Below are positions 48,223-49,689 of a stretch of 49,689 nucleotides of DNA, in pieces. This DNA is from Prevotella sp. UBA6429 (GTDB taxonomy: Bacteria > Bacteroidota > Bacteroidia > Bacteroidales > Bacteroidaceae): the NCBI GenBank assembly GCA_002437285.1, contig DJOV01000096.1, positions 1 through 49,689 of the forward strand, read 5' to 3'. Each line of letters begins with the position of its first letter. The stretch's first letter is position 1. The notes below the pieces were generated by a model that was not told the DNA's origin, searched no databases, and was given only the letters and a program-made list of their open reading frames with translations. The translations under genes and the position numbers were made by a program.

Positions 48223-49629
48223 CTATTGGTCTTGGAGGAACAAGGGGTCCTCGGGGGTCACCATGGTGGGCTTCTGGTCAAACTCCTTGAGCGTTTTCTC
48301 TGAGGCGTAGCGACGGTCCACCACGAGGCGGAACATGTACTCGTCAAACCACGAGTTGGTCATGATCAGGCAGCCGTTTTGTCCGTAGGTGGCCCCCCAG
48401 CTGTTCTCCACCTTCCACTTCAGCGGGTTGCCCTGGCCGTCGAGGTCCACGGCGGTGAGTGTCATGGCATGTGTGGAGCCACTGTCGAAGGTCTCGATGC
48501 GCTCGGCCTTGTTCATGCCGAAGGTGGTGCCGAAGAGTGCTCCGTAGTCGTAGTTGTCGAGGTCGAGCACGCCGCGCTTGCGGTCGAGCTGCTTGCCCAC
48601 ATCGTAGCTCGAGTACATCTTGTGGCCGTCCTTGAGCGAGGCGATGGCCAGCTGAGCTATTTCCTCCATGGGCAGGTTGAGGTATTTCCAGTTGTGTCCG
48701 TCGTAGGTGTGGCGGTCATATTCCACCTCGTAGGTCTTGTGGTAGGGACGCCGCGGGTCGTTCATCACCATGATGAAAGAGCCGTTGAGCGCGTGGCCGA
48801 CGGTGGCGTCGTAAAACTCCTTGGGCGTGAACGTCCGGGCCGGGCTGACCGCCTTGCCCGCCTTGTTCTGGAAGGCGTAGCTGAACTCCTTGACGGGCTC
48901 GCCGAGCGTGAGCGCCAGCATATGGTAGATGTCGCCCAGCATCGCCGTCTTGCGCGCCTTGATGGCAGCGGTCTTCTTGCCGCTCTTGACCATGGCACGC
49001 AGCTCCAGACCGAACTCGCGCAACTTTGATGATACCACTTTCTGCATGGCCGACGTGTTTTCGGCCGAGTAGGTCTCGGGCATGGCGCTCATGGGCACCA
49101 GGCCGTACTTCTCCGCCAGGTCAGCCACGCCGCAGAACGTGCCGCCGTCGTTGATGGGATGGTGGAAGAAGAACTGCACACGCTGGTCGTCCATGGGCTT
49201 GTCGGCGCAGTCGATGACGCCCTGGAGCATCAGGTTGGCCTTCTCCAGCTGGTCATAGAAGAAGAGATAGTCCTGTGAGTATTCCACGCGCACGGTGTCG
49301 TTGTGCGCCTTGGCGAAGTTGGCGCGGAGCACATTGAGACCCGAGAAGAGCCAGCAACGTCCGCTGCTCTGCTGATTGTGGATGCTCTGCGAGGGCGTCT
49401 CCACGCTGAAGTGTGTGTCGACCTGCCCCAGCGTCTTGTAGCTCTTGGCCAAGTCGTCGATCTTGTTGGTGGCGATGGCGTTGGCAATGGCCTTGTTGGC
49501 CGGATCCTTGCTCTGCGCCGCCTCTATCTGCTGCAGCATCTGGGCGGAGATGCCTCCGTCGGCCTTCTGTGCCATGGAGGTGCTGGCCATGACGAGAAAC
49601 GCCGCCAGTAAGAATGTCTTTTTGTTCAT
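48223..49629 (-). CDS. pepC: C1B cysteine aminopeptidase (bleomycin hydrolase family), secreted
   Basis: NQQSSGRCWLF, THAM and WKVENSWG catalytic motifs; signal peptide from the ATG at 49629; TATCTTTG at 49672-49679. Confidence 0.93.
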   Translation of the reverse strand: MNKKTFLLAAFLVMASTSMAQKADGGISAQMLQQIEAAQSKDPANKAIANAIATNKIDDLAKSYKTLGQVDTHFSVETPSQSIHNQQSSGRCWLFSGLNVLRANFAKAHNDTVRVEYSQDYLFFYDQLEKANLMLQGVIDCADKPMDDQRVQFFFHHPINDGGTFCGVADLAEKYGLVPMSAMPETYSAENTSAMQKVVSSKLREFGLELRAMVKSGKKTAAIKARKTAMLGDIYHMLALTLGEPVKEFSYAFQNKAGKAVSPARTFTPKEFYDATVGHALNGSFIMVMNDPRRPYHKTYEVEYDRHTYDGHNWKYLNLPMEEIAQLAIASLKDGHKMYSSYDVGKQLDRKRGVLDLDNYDYGALFGTTFGMNKAERIETFDSGSTHAMTLTAVDLDGQGNPLKWKVENSWGATYGQNGCLIMTNSWFDEYMFRLVVDRRYASEKTLKEFDQKPTMVTPEDPLFLQDQ

Positions 49630-49689
49630 GATATAAGAATAGGTTGATGGTTTCGTTATGGTGTGTGGTTGCAAAGATAATGCAAACCG

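Overview
High-GC Bacteroidales (Prevotella-like) chromosomal window. The taxon call rests on TAnnTTTG sigma-A promoters, the T9SS translocon sprA, ddh, the etfBA-acd block and PL11/GH43 CAZymes. Mostly housekeeping genes: ECF sigma/anti-sigma, etfB-etfA-acyl-CoA dehydrogenase, rsmD, RecD-like helicase, DMT transporter, metY-cysK, xpt, cysteine desulfidase, ruvA-sprA, PL11 lyase with a membrane-anchored AraC sensor, ddh, GH43-CBM6 and pepC. The standout accessory element is an AT-rich cassette (~14050-16240). It encodes a short Cys-rich peptide with a GG-containing leader and two NGNC (NxxC) motifs, then a stem-loop, then a radical SAM/SPASM maturase split by one extra G, followed by an outer-membrane beta-barrel gene: a candidate new Bacteroidales thioether RiPP system. 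Also notable: a PARIS-like ABC ATPase + TOPRIM (DUF4435-type) pair; a 6S/Bacteroidales-1-like structured RNA before araC; a repeat- and hairpin-dense 840-bp intergenic region with a near-perfect multibranch fold; a solitary ATPase with a double-palindrome operator followed by a truncated MmeI-like R-M gene; and 21-bp-period operator repeats at several promoters. All family calls come from motif recognition, not database searches.
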